DNA of 64,000 bases from Desulfobacterales bacterium (GCA_963674755.2 CAXXVS010000002.1:1472001-1536000), one strand, 5' to 3'. Positions 8,728 through 20,683 are shown, numbered from the stretch's first letter. Made by a program: numbers and translations. Notes: generated by a model from the letters alone, not told the origin.

Positions 8728-10233
8728 ATGACAGCATCTAACGATACGCCCCAGTTGCCCAAAACCAACCCCCTCTCGGCCAAAGTCGCCGCATTGCTCG
8801 TCTACGGCCGCCCGGGGCTTGTTTTCGGCGGAATGATCTGCGCCCTGGCAGTCATGTGGAAACAGGACCCGCTGGTCTATACCCTGGGCGTCAGTTTTCT
8901 GCTGCTCTCCATGTCGTTCGACCTGGTGGACGGATGGTTCGCGGCCCGCTTCAGGCCCGACGCCCCCCTGGCCCACCTGGCGGACCGCCTGATGGACAAG
9001 CTGGTCTATTCGATTATTTTCCCGGTCATCGCCGTGGGCATGATGTGGCGCCTTCTGGTCATTACGCCGGACCACACCAAAGGTCAATTGCTGCACGCGA
9101 TCTTTGTCCTCCTGCTGTGTGTAACCGTCCTGATCCGCGAAAACTTCGCCGCCTTCATGCGGGGTTTTGCCATCCGGCAGGGCACCGAGCCCGCCCTCAG
9201 CGAATACAACCGCCTGCGCACCATCGTAGCTGCGCCGGTCAGCGCCCTGCTCTATGCCTATGCCTTTTACATTCCGGAAGGCCCCCCTTCCTGGCTCTAC
9301 TTCAAGATCACCTGGCTGGCCAATTTCCCGCTGCAGGGCCTCTTTTTCGTCGAAATCCTGTTCATGATCATCAACTTCGGCTCCATTGCCGGATACTGCC
9401 GCAAATACGGGACGCTCTGCCTGGACGAACTCTGCCTGGGCGATGCGGTCCTGCGGCGCCGGATCCTGGCCTTTTTCCCCAACGCCCTCACGGTCATGAA
9501 CGCCATGATGGGGCTGATCGCGGTTTTCTTCGCCTACCAGGGCCGGGTCCGGGAAGCCTACCTCATGATCATCGGGGCGGCCACCTTCGATAAACTGGAC
9601 GGCGCCGTTGCGCGGCGTCTGGGGCTCACGGAACCGTTGCCGGAGGAGGTCGGCCAGCGCAAGATCAATCTGGGCAACCTCATGGACGACTTTGCCGATG
9701 CGGTCAGCTTCTGCATCGTTCCGGGCTGGATCTTCTACATCTGCCTGCGGGATATCGCTCCGCAGCAATTCGTGCACCTTCCGGTGGGTCTGGTGGCCTT
9801 GCTGTACTCGGCCATGGGGCTGGGCCGACTGATTTACTTTACCCTCGATAAAACCCCGATTCCGGGCTTTTTCAAAGGGTACCCGACGCCCGCCGGCGCC
9901 ATGCTGGTCCTGGCGCCATTGATTTCATTCAGCCAGGCCGTCAACGAGGCCTCCCACTGGGTCGCGTTCTGGGGGTATTTCGCATTTGGCGTGATGATCT
10001 TCACGGCCTTGTTGATGAACTGCTATTTCATCCGCTACCTGCACATCGGCCGTTTCATGAGCCGCAACCCCTGGATGACCCGACTCCTGCTCGTCATCCT
10101 GATGAGCGTGGTGACCCCCTATTTCGGGATCGTCAGCTTCCTCTTCATGTTTCTCTACGTGCTTTCACCGGTGGTCACCTGGCGGGTGGACCCGGATGAA
10201 GCGGCCCGCGAAACCCGCTCCACACCTTCCTGA
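8728..10233 (+). CDS. Tandem two-domain CDP-alcohol phosphatidyltransferase family protein
   Basis: Two copies of the family signature: DLVDGWFAAR...LADRLMD and DKLDGAVARR...GNLMDDFAD; PssA-like FKGYPTPAGA in the second domain; highly hydrophobic. Confidence 0.85.
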   Translation: MTASNDTPQLPKTNPLSAKVAALLVYGRPGLVFGGMICALAVMWKQDPLVYTLGVSFLLLSMSFDLVDGWFAARFRPDAPLAHLADRLMDKLVYSIIFPVIAVGMMWRLLVITPDHTKGQLLHAIFVLLLCVTVLIRENFAAFMRGFAIRQGTEPALSEYNRLRTIVAAPVSALLYAYAFYIPEGPPSWLYFKITWLANFPLQGLFFVEILFMIINFGSIAGYCRKYGTLCLDELCLGDAVLRRRILAFFPNALTVMNAMMGLIAVFFAYQGRVREAYLMIIGAATFDKLDGAVARRLGLTEPLPEEVGQRKINLGNLMDDFADAVSFCIVPGWIFYICLRDIAPQQFVHLPVGLVALLYSAMGLGRLIYFTLDKTPIPGFFKGYPTPAGAMLVLAPLISFSQAVNEASHWVAFWGYFAFGVMIFTALLMNCYFIRYLHIGRFMSRNPWMTRLLLVILMSVVTPYFGIVSFLFMFLYVLSPVVTWRVDPDEAARETRSTPS

Positions 10234-10271
10234 CAGGCTCTCCTGACCGCTCGGCCCCCGTCGTTTCCCCC

Positions 10272-10300
10272 TTGACTATCGCCCGGCAAGCTTTTATAGG
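10272..10300 (+). promoter_or_regulatory. Sigma70-type promoter
   Basis: TTGACT(10272-10277)-17 nt-TATAGG(10295-10300). Confidence 0.45.
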
Positions 10301-10375
10301 CCTTCTACCATGACCGTCACGGCTGATCGCTGGCACGGCTGCCTTTCAAACGCACTCATCGCAAGGAGAATACAG

Positions 10376-10864
10376 ATGTCGTTATGCCCCTGTGGATCGG
10401 AAACCCCCTACGAGGCGTGCTGCGAGCCCCTGATATCAGGGAGCCAGACCGCTGCAACCGCTGAAGCGCTCATGCGGGCGCGCTACAGCGCTTACGTCAA
10501 GGAGGAAGTGGCCTTTATTCTCGACACCACCCACCCTTCCCAGCGGGAACAATATACCGAAAGCGGCATCCGTCGCTGGGCGCACAACAGTGAATGGATC
10601 GGCCTGACGATCCTCGACACCCAGGACGGCACGGCCGACGATGACACCGGTACAGTGGAATTCGTGGCCGAGTATTTTGACAAGGGCCGCCGTCGCCGGC
10701 ATCATGAGGTCGCCCAGTTCCGTCGGGAGGAGGGCCAATGGCTTTTTTATGACGGCCAGGCTCCCACCCCCCAAACCGTCGTCCGTTCCGGCCCCAAGGT
10801 AGGCCGCAACGATCCCTGCCCCTGCGGCAGCGGCCGCAAATACAAAAAATGCTGTGGCGCCTGA
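10376..10864 (+). CDS. YchJ-family SEC-C motif protein
   Basis: CPCGS...[25 protein letters not shown]...F, C-terminal [29 protein letters not shown] before ATG 10376. Confidence 0.9.
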   Translation: MSLCPCGSETPYEACCEPLISGSQTAATAEALMRARYSAYVKEEVAFILDTTHPSQREQYTESGIRRWAHNSEWIGLTILDTQDGTADDDTGTVEFVAEYFDKGRRRRHHEVAQFRREEGQWLFYDGQAPTPQTVVRSGPKVGRNDPCPCGSGRKYKKCCGA

Positions 10865-10915
10865 CCTCCGGCGGTGCCATGGGCGGCCCCACCCCTAACC
10901 GAATAGGAACGCCAT

Positions 10916-11461
10916 ATGTTTGAAAAACTGATTCGCGAGCGGCGCAGCATCCGCCGCTTTGTCGATCGCCCGGTGGAATCGGAAAAAATTGACTTGCTCA
11001 TGGAGGCTGCCTTGCGGGCCCCTTCTTCACGGGGTCTGAAACCATGGGAATTTGTGGTTGTCGACGACCGGGCGCCACTGGAGGCGCTGGCCGCCTGTAA
11101 ACCCCATGGAGCCGGTTTTCTGGGGCAAGCCCCCCTGGGTATCGTGGTGTGCGTCGACCCGGAGCAAAGCGACGTATGGGTCGAAGACGGTGCTATTGCG
11201 ATTATCTTTATTCAGATGATGGCAGTCGAACTGGGGCTGGGCAGTTGCTGGATTCAGGTGCGCAAACGGAACCACGCCGACGGGAGTCCGGCGCGCGACC
11301 ATATCGCGCGCCACCTCGCTCTGCCCGATCGGTTGGAAGTGGAGGCCATGATCGCCATCGGCTATCCGGCCGAGCCCAAAGCAGGCCACGCTCGGGAGGG
11401 CCTGCTCTTCGACCGGATCCATGGAAACCGTTTCGGAACACCCTACGTTTTTAAAGGATAG
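10916..11461 (+). CDS. Nitroreductase family protein
   Basis: RRSIRRF, APSS...PWEFVVV, LGLGSCWIQ, IAIGYP. Confidence 0.9.
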   Translation: MFEKLIRERRSIRRFVDRPVESEKIDLLMEAALRAPSSRGLKPWEFVVVDDRAPLEALAACKPHGAGFLGQAPLGIVVCVDPEQSDVWVEDGAIAIIFIQMMAVELGLGSCWIQVRKRNHADGSPARDHIARHLALPDRLEVEAMIAIGYPAEPKAGHAREGLLFDRIHGNRFGTPYVFKG

Positions 11462-11483
11462 TTACCTTTTTTGTTTTTCGGGC

Positions 11484-11510
11484 TAAAGTCCCGCTGCCGG
11501 CCGCCGATAA
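11484..11510 (+). promoter_or_regulatory. Sigma28 (FliA)-type promoter, exact consensus
   Basis: TAAA(11484-11487)-15 nt-GCCGATAA(11503-11510). Confidence 0.75.
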
Positions 11511-11586
11511 GGAACCTAAGGGCACTGCCGAAAACGCTGCCCCCAAACAGGGTTTTCGGCGCAATCCTCATAACCTTCCTTTGTTC

Positions 11587-11614
11587 CACCAGGGTGGCTT
11601 CGGCCACCCTGGTG
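11587..11614 (+). terminator. Perfect 12-bp stem with UUCG tetraloop, terminator-like
   Basis: CACCAGGGTGGC-TTCG-GCCACCCTGGTG followed by TTCTCCT (weak U tract). Confidence 0.55.
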
Positions 11615-11751
11615 TTCTCCTATCGCCTGGATGTTTGCACCAACCAGGGCGTTAAACCGCCGAGACCATATTCATGTCCCCCCGAGCGAACGCCCCATCC
11701 ATATCTGACCATTCGATTCTCTTCGAAAAACCAACGGTCTTAATAAATACC

Positions 11752-11778
11752 TAAAGATTTTCCGTTTCTTTCCAATAA
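11752..11778 (+). promoter_or_regulatory. Second sigma28-like promoter upstream of the HDOD-GGDEF gene
   Basis: TAAA(11752-11755)-15 nt-TCCAATAA(11771-11778); 6/8 match to GCCGATAA. Confidence 0.45.
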
Positions 11779-11906
11779 CACTCAAAGGGTAGGCATTTGG
11801 CAACGATAGCCGGCACACGCACTGCCCGAAGAAAAAGACGCTATCGGATGGTTGCCAAATGGTTCCGTTGTCTCCCCTTTTTTCATCCGTATCAAAGGGA
11901 GTGAGC

Positions 11907-13418
<1,512 letters not shown>

Positions 13419-13540
13419 AGACAGGCTTGACCCGCCCGCGCGCGTCCTTACCTTTCATTCCCGTCATCCAATCTAATCGGTCATGCTGTGCCGCCCGGGG
13501 CGGCTGCATGCTGTAGAAATCCACATGCGGAGGATCTGGC

Positions 13541-14233
13541 ATGCTGTTTTCGCAACGCTATTCGAAGGTCAGATGGATCGGGCTTTTGGCGTTGGTGTGG
13601 CTTGCGCTGGGAAGCGGCGCCCATAGTGCCGCGCCGAACGTTTCCGGGCGTCTGGTGGGGGGGCTGCGCCATTTGCCGGTGCCAACCGGAGAGAATGCGC
13701 TGCACTACAAGGTCTTCCGAGGGGACTACATTAAGTTCGAGCTTCCCCCGGGAACAAGCGAAACCATTCTGACGATTCCCGATCTGGGCATAGAGGAACG
13801 CCTACCTTCCGATACCACCGCGGCGCCTTATATCAAGATGAAGCAAAGCGGCCGGTTTGCCTTCACCCTCGGCGGGCGGGAAGGCCTGATCGAGGTGCTG
13901 GACTATCAGCCGGCCAATTACCGCGAGATGACCGCGGCCCAGACGGCGGCCTTCATTGAACGGGAAAACCCCCTTGTCCTGGACGTGCGCACACCGGCCG
14001 AATTCAAGGCCGGCCACCTGCCCGACGCCGTGCTGATCCCGGTACAGGAGCTCCAGCGGCGCATCGGCGAACTGGCCCCCTACCGGAACAAGGACATTCT
14101 CGTTTACTGCGCCACCGGCAACCGCAGCACCGTGGCCGCCAAGATCCTGATCGACCAGGGCTTCACCCGCATCGTCAACATGCGCCACGGCATCGCGGAC
14201 TGGTACCGGCAGAAGTACCCGGTCGTCCGTTAG
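13541..14233 (+). CDS. Exported rhodanese-like domain protein
   Basis: Signal peptide; LDVRTPAEFKAGHLPDA, VYCATGNRS active-site loop, GIADW. Confidence 0.85.
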   Translation: MLFSQRYSKVRWIGLLALVWLALGSGAHSAAPNVSGRLVGGLRHLPVPTGENALHYKVFRGDYIKFELPPGTSETILTIPDLGIEERLPSDTTAAPYIKMKQSGRFAFTLGGREGLIEVLDYQPANYREMTAAQTAAFIERENPLVLDVRTPAEFKAGHLPDAVLIPVQELQRRIGELAPYRNKDILVYCATGNRSTVAAKILIDQGFTRIVNMRHGIADWYRQKYPVVR

Positions 14234-14331
14234 CGCCCTAAACGTCCGTGCGTCAAATAGGATGGGATTACCTTACGAAAGAAAAGCGCCTTTCGGCAGC
14301 CGACAGGTTCAACAACGATCGTCGCCGAGGG

Positions 14332-15801
14332 CTATCCCCGGGGCAGATCGCAGCACCCCTTTTCCGGCAGGGCCGTTTCGCCCATGAGATACAGATCCAC
14401 CGCGCGGGCCATCTCGCGACCCTCGGAGATGGCCCATACCACCAGGGACTGGCCCCGGCGGGCATCGCCGGCCGTAAAAACGCCTGGCCGGCTGGTCATG
14501 CCGTTGCTATCCGTGGCGATGGTGCCGGTATCGGTGAGGGCAAGCCCCATCTGCTGTACGACCGTATCCTGCTCGGGACCGACAAACCCCATGGCCAGCA
14601 GGACGATCTCCGCCGGCCATCGGCGCGTGGTTCCGGGCAATTCGTGCATCGCGGGCCGCCGGCCGGGCTTCGCGTCGAAAGCCACCTCCACGGTTTCGAT
14701 GCCGGTCAGACGGCCGCCCTGGCCGACAAAGCGTTTGGACAAAATGCTCCAGCGCCGTTCGCCGCCTTCCGCATGGGAGCTGCTGGTCCTGAGCCGCATG
14801 GGCCAGAAGGGCCAGGGCTGGCCTTCCGGACGCTCCTCCGGCGGCTGGGGCAGGAGCTCGAAGCTGGTCACGCTGCGGGCGCCCTGCCGGTGGCAGGTCC
14901 CCACACAGTCGCTGCCCGTATCCCCGCCCCCGATGATGACGGCATGCTTGCCGCCGGCGTTCAGGGCCGCATCCAATTCCGGCGATGGCGTTTTACCGGC
15001 CACCCGGCGATTCTGGCAGGATAAAAAATCCATGGCGAAATGAATCCCGGCCAGCTCTCTTCCCGGGATGGGCAGATCCCGCGGGCGCGTCGACCCCGTG
15101 CAAAGGACGACGGCTTCGAAATCCACCAGATCGTCCGCCGTAGTGGTCCGGCCGATCTCGACACCCGTCTTGAAAACGATCCCCTCGGCCGCCATCAGAT
15201 CCAGACGGCGGTCGATGATGCCCTTTCCCAGCTTGAAATCCGGTATGCCGTAACACAGAAGGCCGCCGATGCGGTCGGCCCGCTCGAAGACCGTCACCGT
15301 GTGCCCGGCCCGGTTGAGCTGCTGGGCGCAGGCCAGGCCGGCCGGTCCCGAGCCGATCACCGCCACCTGTCGGCCGGTGCGTCGGGCGGGCGGTTCGGGC
15401 TTGACCCAGCCCTGCGCAAACCCTTTCTCGATGATGGCCTTCTCGATGTGCTCGATCGTCACGGCCGGTTCATTGATGGACAGGACGCAGGCTTCCTCGC
15501 AGGGCGCCGGGCACAGGCGCCCGGTGAATTCGGGGAAATTGTTGGTGGCCAGCAGTTGGGCCAGCGCTTCCTGCCATTGGCCGCGATAGACCAGTTCGTT
15601 CCAGTCCGGAATGCGGTTGCCCAGGGGGCAGCCCGAATGGCAGGTAGGCACCCCGCAGTCCATGCAGCGGGCCGCCTGTTGGATCAGCTTTTCCTCGGGG
15701 AAGTCCTGGTAGATTTCGCGATAGTCGCCGAGGCGTTCCGCCACGGGGCGGGTTTCCGGTGTTTCGCGCTCGAATTCCTTGAAGCCGGTCGGTTTACCCA
15801 T
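14332..15801 (-). CDS. gltD: Glutamate synthase small subunit
   Basis: MGKPTGFKEF start, RCMDCGVPTC, CPLGNRIP, GSGPAGL, GGGDTGSDC, GDARRGQSLVVWAISEGR. Confidence 0.96.
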   Translation of the reverse strand: MGKPTGFKEFERETPETRPVAERLGDYREIYQDFPEEKLIQQAARCMDCGVPTCHSGCPLGNRIPDWNELVYRGQWQEALAQLLATNNFPEFTGRLCPAPCEEACVLSINEPAVTIEHIEKAIIEKGFAQGWVKPEPPARRTGRQVAVIGSGPAGLACAQQLNRAGHTVTVFERADRIGGLLCYGIPDFKLGKGIIDRRLDLMAAEGIVFKTGVEIGRTTTADDLVDFEAVVLCTGSTRPRDLPIPGRELAGIHFAMDFLSCQNRRVAGKTPSPELDAALNAGGKHAVIIGGGDTGSDCVGTCHRQGARSVTSFELLPQPPEERPEGQPWPFWPMRLRTSSSHAEGGERRWSILSKRFVGQGGRLTGIETVEVAFDAKPGRRPAMHELPGTTRRWPAEIVLLAMGFVGPEQDTVVQQMGLALTDTGTIATDSNGMTSRPGVFTAGDARRGQSLVVWAISEGREMARAVDLYLMGETALPEKGCCDLPRG

Positions 15802-15812
15802 GGGCGTAATCC

Positions 15813-18800
15813 TCAGGTCAGGCGTTGGGCCGGGGCGTGGCCTTCCGCCGCCAGTCTTTTCAGGGCCCGCTTGTATTCCAGCGGCGTGATCTTGACGAAG
15901 CGCGGCTGAAACCGGTCCCAATGCTCCAGAATGCGTTCGGCCAGGGTGCTGTGGGTGCAATCCCGGTGTTTTCGAATTAGCGCCTGCAAGGTATCCACAT
16001 CCTCCAGCGTTTCCACGGGCTCCAGCGCCACCCCTTCCCGGTTGCAGCGGCGGGCCGCGAAGTCGCCGTCCGCATCCAGGACATAGGCCACGCCGCCGCT
16101 CATGCCGGCCGCGAAATTCCGTCCCGTGACGCCCAGCACGACCACCACCCCGCCGGTCATGTATTCGCAGCCATGATCCCCCACGCCTTCCACGACCCCC
16201 ACCGCCCCGCTGTTGCGCACGGCAAAGCGCTCACCGGCCACCCCCCGGATGAAGACTTCACCGGCCGTGGCCCCGTAGAGCACCACGTTGCCCACGATGA
16301 TGTTCTCCTCGGCGGGAAACGTTGCCGCGGCGGACGGACGCAGACTGAGCCGGGCGCCGGAAAGGCCCTTGCCGAAATAATCGTTGGCCTCCCCCTCCAG
16401 ATGGATGCTAAGCCCCGGGGCGCCGAAGGCCGCAAAGCTCTGGCCGCCCGTTCCCCGGGCCCGGATCACGATGGTGTCCTCCGGCAAGCCATCCTGGCCG
16501 TGGCGCTTGGCGATTTCGTGGCTCAGGGTGGTGCCGACGCTGCGCTGGGTATTACGGACCTCGAGGTCGATCGTCATTGGTTGTTGTCTCTCCAGGGCCG
16601 GCGCCAGGCGTTCGATCAGAGCGGTGTCGAGGGGCGGCGGGGCGGCCCGGGTTTCCGCCAGCAGGCAGTGGTCCTGCACCGCCGCGGGGATGTCGGGCTG
16701 CTGAAGGATGGCGGCGAGATCCAATCCGCCGGCTTTCCAGTGATCGATGGCGGCGGTCATCTCCAGGCAGTCCACCCGCCCGACCATCTCCGCCACCGTG
16801 CGGAATCCCAGTTCGGCCATGATGCTGCGCAGATCCTCGGCCACGAAACGCATGAAATTGACCAGATGCCCGGGCCGGCCGGTGAACTTCTTGCGCAACT
16901 CCGGGTCCTGGGTGGCGATGCCCACCGGGCAGGTGTTCAGGTGGCAGACCCGCATCATGATGCACCCCAGACACACCAGGGACACCGTACCGAAACCGAA
17001 TTCCTCGGCCCCCAGGAGGGCCGCCACGGCCACGTCCCGGGCGGTCTTCAACTGGCCGTCGGTCTCCAGCACCACGCGGTCCCGCAGGCCGTTCTGTCGA
17101 AGCACCTGGCGTGCTTCCGATAGCCCCAGCTCCCAGGGGAGCCCGCCGTAGCGGATCGACGTCAGGGGCGAGGCCCCGGTGCCGCCCACATCGCCGCTGA
17201 TAAGGACCACGTCGGCCCCGGCCTTGGCCACGCCGGCCGCAATCGTACCGACGCCGGCCTCGGAAACGAGCTTCACGCTCACCCGGGCGGCCGGGTTGGC
17301 CATCTTGAGATCGTAGATCAACTGGGCCAGGTCTTCGATGGAGTAGATGTCGTGGTGGGGCGGCGGTGAAATAAGTCCCACGTAAGGGGTGCAGTGGCGG
17401 GTCTTGGCGATCCAGGGGTAGACTTTGCTGCCGGGCAGCTGCCCGCCTTCACCGGGTTTGGCCCCCTGGGCCATCTTGATCTGCAATTCATCGGCATGGG
17501 TCAGGTAGTCAATGGTCACCCCGAAGCGCCCCGAAGCCACCTGCTTGATGGCGCTGTTGCGCCAGTCCCCATTGGCATCCGGCCGAAAGCGGTCGGCATC
17601 CTCCCCGCCCTCGCCACTGTTGCTGCGCCCCCCCAGGCGGTTCATGGCAATGGCCTGGGTTTCGTGGGCTTCCTTGCTGATGGAGCCATAGGACATGGCC
17701 CCGGTCTTGAAGCGTTTGACGATGGCGGTCCAGGGCTCCACCGTGTCCAGGGGCACGGAATCGCCCGCCGGCCGCAGGTCGAAGAGGCCGCGCAGCAGTC
17801 CGCCCTCACGGTTCTGCCGATTGACGATGGTCGAAAAATCATCCCAGGCCGACCGGTTATTCTCTCGGACGGCCTGCTGCAGGCGGGCGATGGTCAAAGG
17901 GTTGTACTGATGCCGCTCCCCGTCACGTCGCCACTTGTAGGTCCCGCCAATCTCCAAAAGATCCTGGTCGGGAATGTCTGCGACGGGAAAGGCCTTTGTC
18001 AGACGCCGGGCGATCTCCCGGGCCAGGCCGTCCAGGTCGGCGCCACCGATGCGCGAGGCCGTCCAGGTAAAGTAGCGGTCCACCACCCCGGGCGCCAGAC
18101 CCACACACTCGAAGATCTGGGCCCCGCGGTAGCTCTGGAGGGTCGATATCCCCATTTTGGACATGACCTTGAGAAACCCCTTGTCCACGGCCTTGCGATA
18201 GCGCTGCAGCGCCTGATGGCTATCCCCCACCAGGGCCGGCTCCCGGGCGGCCTGGTCACGCAGGGTGGCATAGGCCAGGTAGGGGTAGATCGCCCCGGCG
18301 CCAAATCCGCACAGGCAGCAGAAATGGTGTACTTCCCGGGCCTCGCCGGTTTCCACCACCAGGCCGCAGCGCGTGCGCAGTCCCTCCCGGATCAGATGGT
18401 GATGGACCGCGGCGGTGGCCAGCAGGGCCGGGATGGGGGCCTGCTGGCGCGCCGCGTCGCGATCGGTCAGGATCAGCAGGGCCGCGCCTTGGGAAACCGC
18501 TTCCGCGGCCTGCCGGCAAAGGGCTTCCAGCGCCTCTTCCAGCCCGCTGCCGCCCTGGCCAAGGGGATACAATATGGCAAGCGCCTCTGTTTTCAGACCG
18601 GACTGGCCCCGCAAGCGGGCCATATCTTCGTCCGATAGAAGCGGCCGCTCCAGGAACAGCTGATGGGCGTGCTGCGGTGTTTCCGCGAAGAGATTCCGTT
18701 CGCTGCCGATGGTGGTGGCCAGGGAAGTCACCAGTTGTTCGCGGATGGCATCCAGGGGCGGATTGGTGACCTGGGCAAAAAGCTGCTTGAAATAGTCGTA

Positions 18801-20438
18801 GAGCAGCCGGGGCCGGCGGGACAGGATGGCCAGGGGGATGTCGTCCCCCATGGACCCGGTGGGCTCTCTGCCGTCCCGGCCCATGGGCGCCAGGATCATG
18901 CGGATCTCTTCCGTCGTATAGCCGAAAAGCTTCTGGAGTGTTGACAGGCGGTCTCCGGCCGGCAGCACAGGCGCCGCTTCCGGCAGCTCCGCCAGGGAAA
19001 CCATATTCCCGCGAATCCACTGCCCGTAAGGGCGGCGTCCGGCGATACCCGCTTTGATTTCCTCGTCCTCGACGATCCGGCCCTCCGCCATATCCACCAG
19101 GAACATACGGCCGGGCTGTAGACGGCCTTTCTTCAGGACATTTTCCGGTTCAATGGTCAATACCCCCGTCTCCGATGCCATGATCACCCGGTCGTCGCGG
19201 GTAACCGTATAACGGGAGGGGCGCAGGCCGTTGCGGTCCAGCACGGCCCCCACCACCGTACCGTCCGTAAAGGGAATCGAGGCCGGTCCGTCCCAGGGTT
19301 CCATGAGGCAGGCGTGGTAGGCATAGAAGTCCTTCTTGGCGGCCGGCATGGTGGCATGATGCTGCCAGGCTTCGGGGATGAGCATCATGATGCAATGGGG
19401 CAGGGAGCGGCCCGTGTGGTAGAGCAGCTCCAGGGCATTGTCCAGGATCATGGAATCGCTGCCCCCCGGTGTGGCCACCGGAAACAGTTTGACCAGGTCT
19501 TCCCCGAACAACTCGGAAGCGAAGAGCCCCTGGCGGGCGTTCATCCAGTTGATATTGCCCCGCAGGGTGTTGATCTCCCCGTTGTGGCACAGAAAGCGAA
19601 AGGGCTGGGCCAGCCCCCAGGATGGCAGGGTGTTGGTGCTGTAACGCTGGTGGACGATGGCCAGGGCCGAAGCCATGGCGGGATCGTCCAGATCGGGATA
19701 GAAGGGGCGCATCTGATCGGCCAGGAACATGCCTTTGTAGACCAGGGTTCGGGCGGAAAGGCTGGGAATATGGAACGCGCTCTTCCCGGACCCGCCGGCC
19801 TCCCGAACCCGCTTTTCCATGACCTTGCGGATGAGGTAAAGCTTGCGTTCAAATGCGGCGGCGTCCGTTAGCTCCTCCCCCCGGCCGATGAAAACCTGCC
19901 GGATCGAAGGACGCGTGGATCGAGCCAGATCGCCGATGACTTCCGGACGGACCGGCACCCGGCGCCAGCCCAGCAGCACCTGCCCTTCTTCACGGACCAC
20001 GGCCTCGAATTGGGTCCGACACCACTGCCGCCGGTTTTCATCGTGGGGCAAAAATACCAGCCCGGCCCCGTAAGCGCCCTTTGCCGGCAGGGCGATACCC
20101 GCCTCCTGGGCGGCTTTCAGCAAAAAGGCATGGGGCATCTGGATCAGGATGCCGGCCCCGTCACCGGTGGTGGCGTCGCAGCCGCAGGCCCCGCGGTGGG
20201 CCAGATTCTCCAGGATCCGCAGGCCGTCGCGCACGATGGCGTGCGAGGCATGCCCCTTGATGTGGCAGACCAGCCCTACACCGCAGGCATCGTGATCGAA
20301 CAGGGGGCTATAGAGCCCCTGGGCCCGGGGAGGCCGGCAAAGGGTGTCGCTGGGGGATGAATGGTGTCGCTCAGGCATCTCGTTTGGGTTCCATTCGCGA
20401 AAGCTGGGTAGCGTGACCTGCTTGGTCGTATACATCAA
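15813..20438 (-). CDS. gltB: Glutamate synthase large subunit (start may be ATG 20378)
   Basis: HDACGVG amidotransferase Cys, HQRYSTNT, HNGEINT, SNSGEGG, QGAKPGEGGQLPG, CIMMRVCHLNTC [3Fe-4S], C-terminal GXGXG repeats. Confidence 0.97.
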   Translation of the reverse strand: MMYTTKQVTLPSFREWNPNEMPERHHSSPSDTLCRPPRAQGLYSPLFDHDACGVGLVCHIKGHASHAIVRDGLRILENLAHRGACGCDATTGDGAGILIQMPHAFLLKAAQEAGIALPAKGAYGAGLVFLPHDENRRQWCRTQFEAVVREEGQVLLGWRRVPVRPEVIGDLARSTRPSIRQVFIGRGEELTDAAAFERKLYLIRKVMEKRVREAGGSGKSAFHIPSLSARTLVYKGMFLADQMRPFYPDLDDPAMASALAIVHQRYSTNTLPSWGLAQPFRFLCHNGEINTLRGNINWMNARQGLFASELFGEDLVKLFPVATPGGSDSMILDNALELLYHTGRSLPHCIMMLIPEAWQHHATMPAAKKDFYAYHACLMEPWDGPASIPFTDGTVVGAVLDRNGLRPSRYTVTRDDRVIMASETGVLTIEPENVLKKGRLQPGRMFLVDMAEGRIVEDEEIKAGIAGRRPYGQWIRGNMVSLAELPEAAPVLPAGDRLSTLQKLFGYTTEEIRMILAPMGRDGREPTGSMGDDIPLAILSRRPRLLYDYFKQLFAQVTNPPLDAIREQLVTSLATTIGSERNLFAETPQHAHQLFLERPLLSDEDMARLRGQSGLKTEALAILYPLGQGGSGLEEALEALCRQAAEAVSQGAALLILTDRDAARQQAPIPALLATAAVHHHLIREGLRTRCGLVVETGEAREVHHFCCLCGFGAGAIYPYLAYATLRDQAAREPALVGDSHQALQRYRKAVDKGFLKVMSKMGISTLQSYRGAQIFECVGLAPGVVDRYFTWTASRIGGADLDGLAREIARRLTKAFPVADIPDQDLLEIGGTYKWRRDGERHQYNPLTIARLQQAVRENNRSAWDDFSTIVNRQNREGGLLRGLFDLRPAGDSVPLDTVEPWTAIVKRFKTGAMSYGSISKEAHETQAIAMNRLGGRSNSGEGGEDADRFRPDANGDWRNSAIKQVASGRFGVTIDYLTHADELQIKMAQGAKPGEGGQLPGSKVYPWIAKTRHCTPYVGLISPPPHHDIYSIEDLAQLIYDLKMANPAARVSVKLVSEAGVGTIAAGVAKAGADVVLISGDVGGTGASPLTSIRYGGLPWELGLSEARQVLRQNGLRDRVVLETDGQLKTARDVAVAALLGAEEFGFGTVSLVCLGCIMMRVCHLNTCPVGIATQDPELRKKFTGRPGHLVNFMRFVAEDLRSIMAELGFRTVAEMVGRVDCLEMTAAIDHWKAGGLDLAAILQQPDIPAAVQDHCLLAETRAAPPPLDTALIERLAPALERQQPMTIDLEVRNTQRSVGTTLSHEIAKRHGQDGLPEDTIVIRARGTGGQSFAAFGAPGLSIHLEGEANDYFGKGLSGARLSLRPSAAATFPAEENIIVGNVVLYGATAGEVFIRGVAGERFAVRNSGAVGVVEGVGDHGCEYMTGGVVVVLGVTGRNFAAGMSGGVAYVLDADGDFAARRCNREGVALEPVETLEDVDTLQALIRKHRDCTHSTLAERILEHWDRFQPRFVKITPLEYKRALKRLAAEGHAPAQRLT

Positions 20439-20683
20439 ACAAGGCGATAGATAGCAAGCCTCATACCAGACGGGCCGCCCGGCGCCTTAAATGCACCAAC
20501 GGCCCGAACCGCATACTTCGGGCATCTTGCCAGCTTGCCCGCAGGGAACAGACCGCCTCCCTTCTGAATGACAATTATGTCGCCAAACCGCCGTCCCGCT
20601 GACAACTTTGTCAGGCATTCACCCAAAGTTGCGGGAAAGCGTCTTCGACCTGCGGCCCCGAGATAGTCGTATGGATGACGGTC

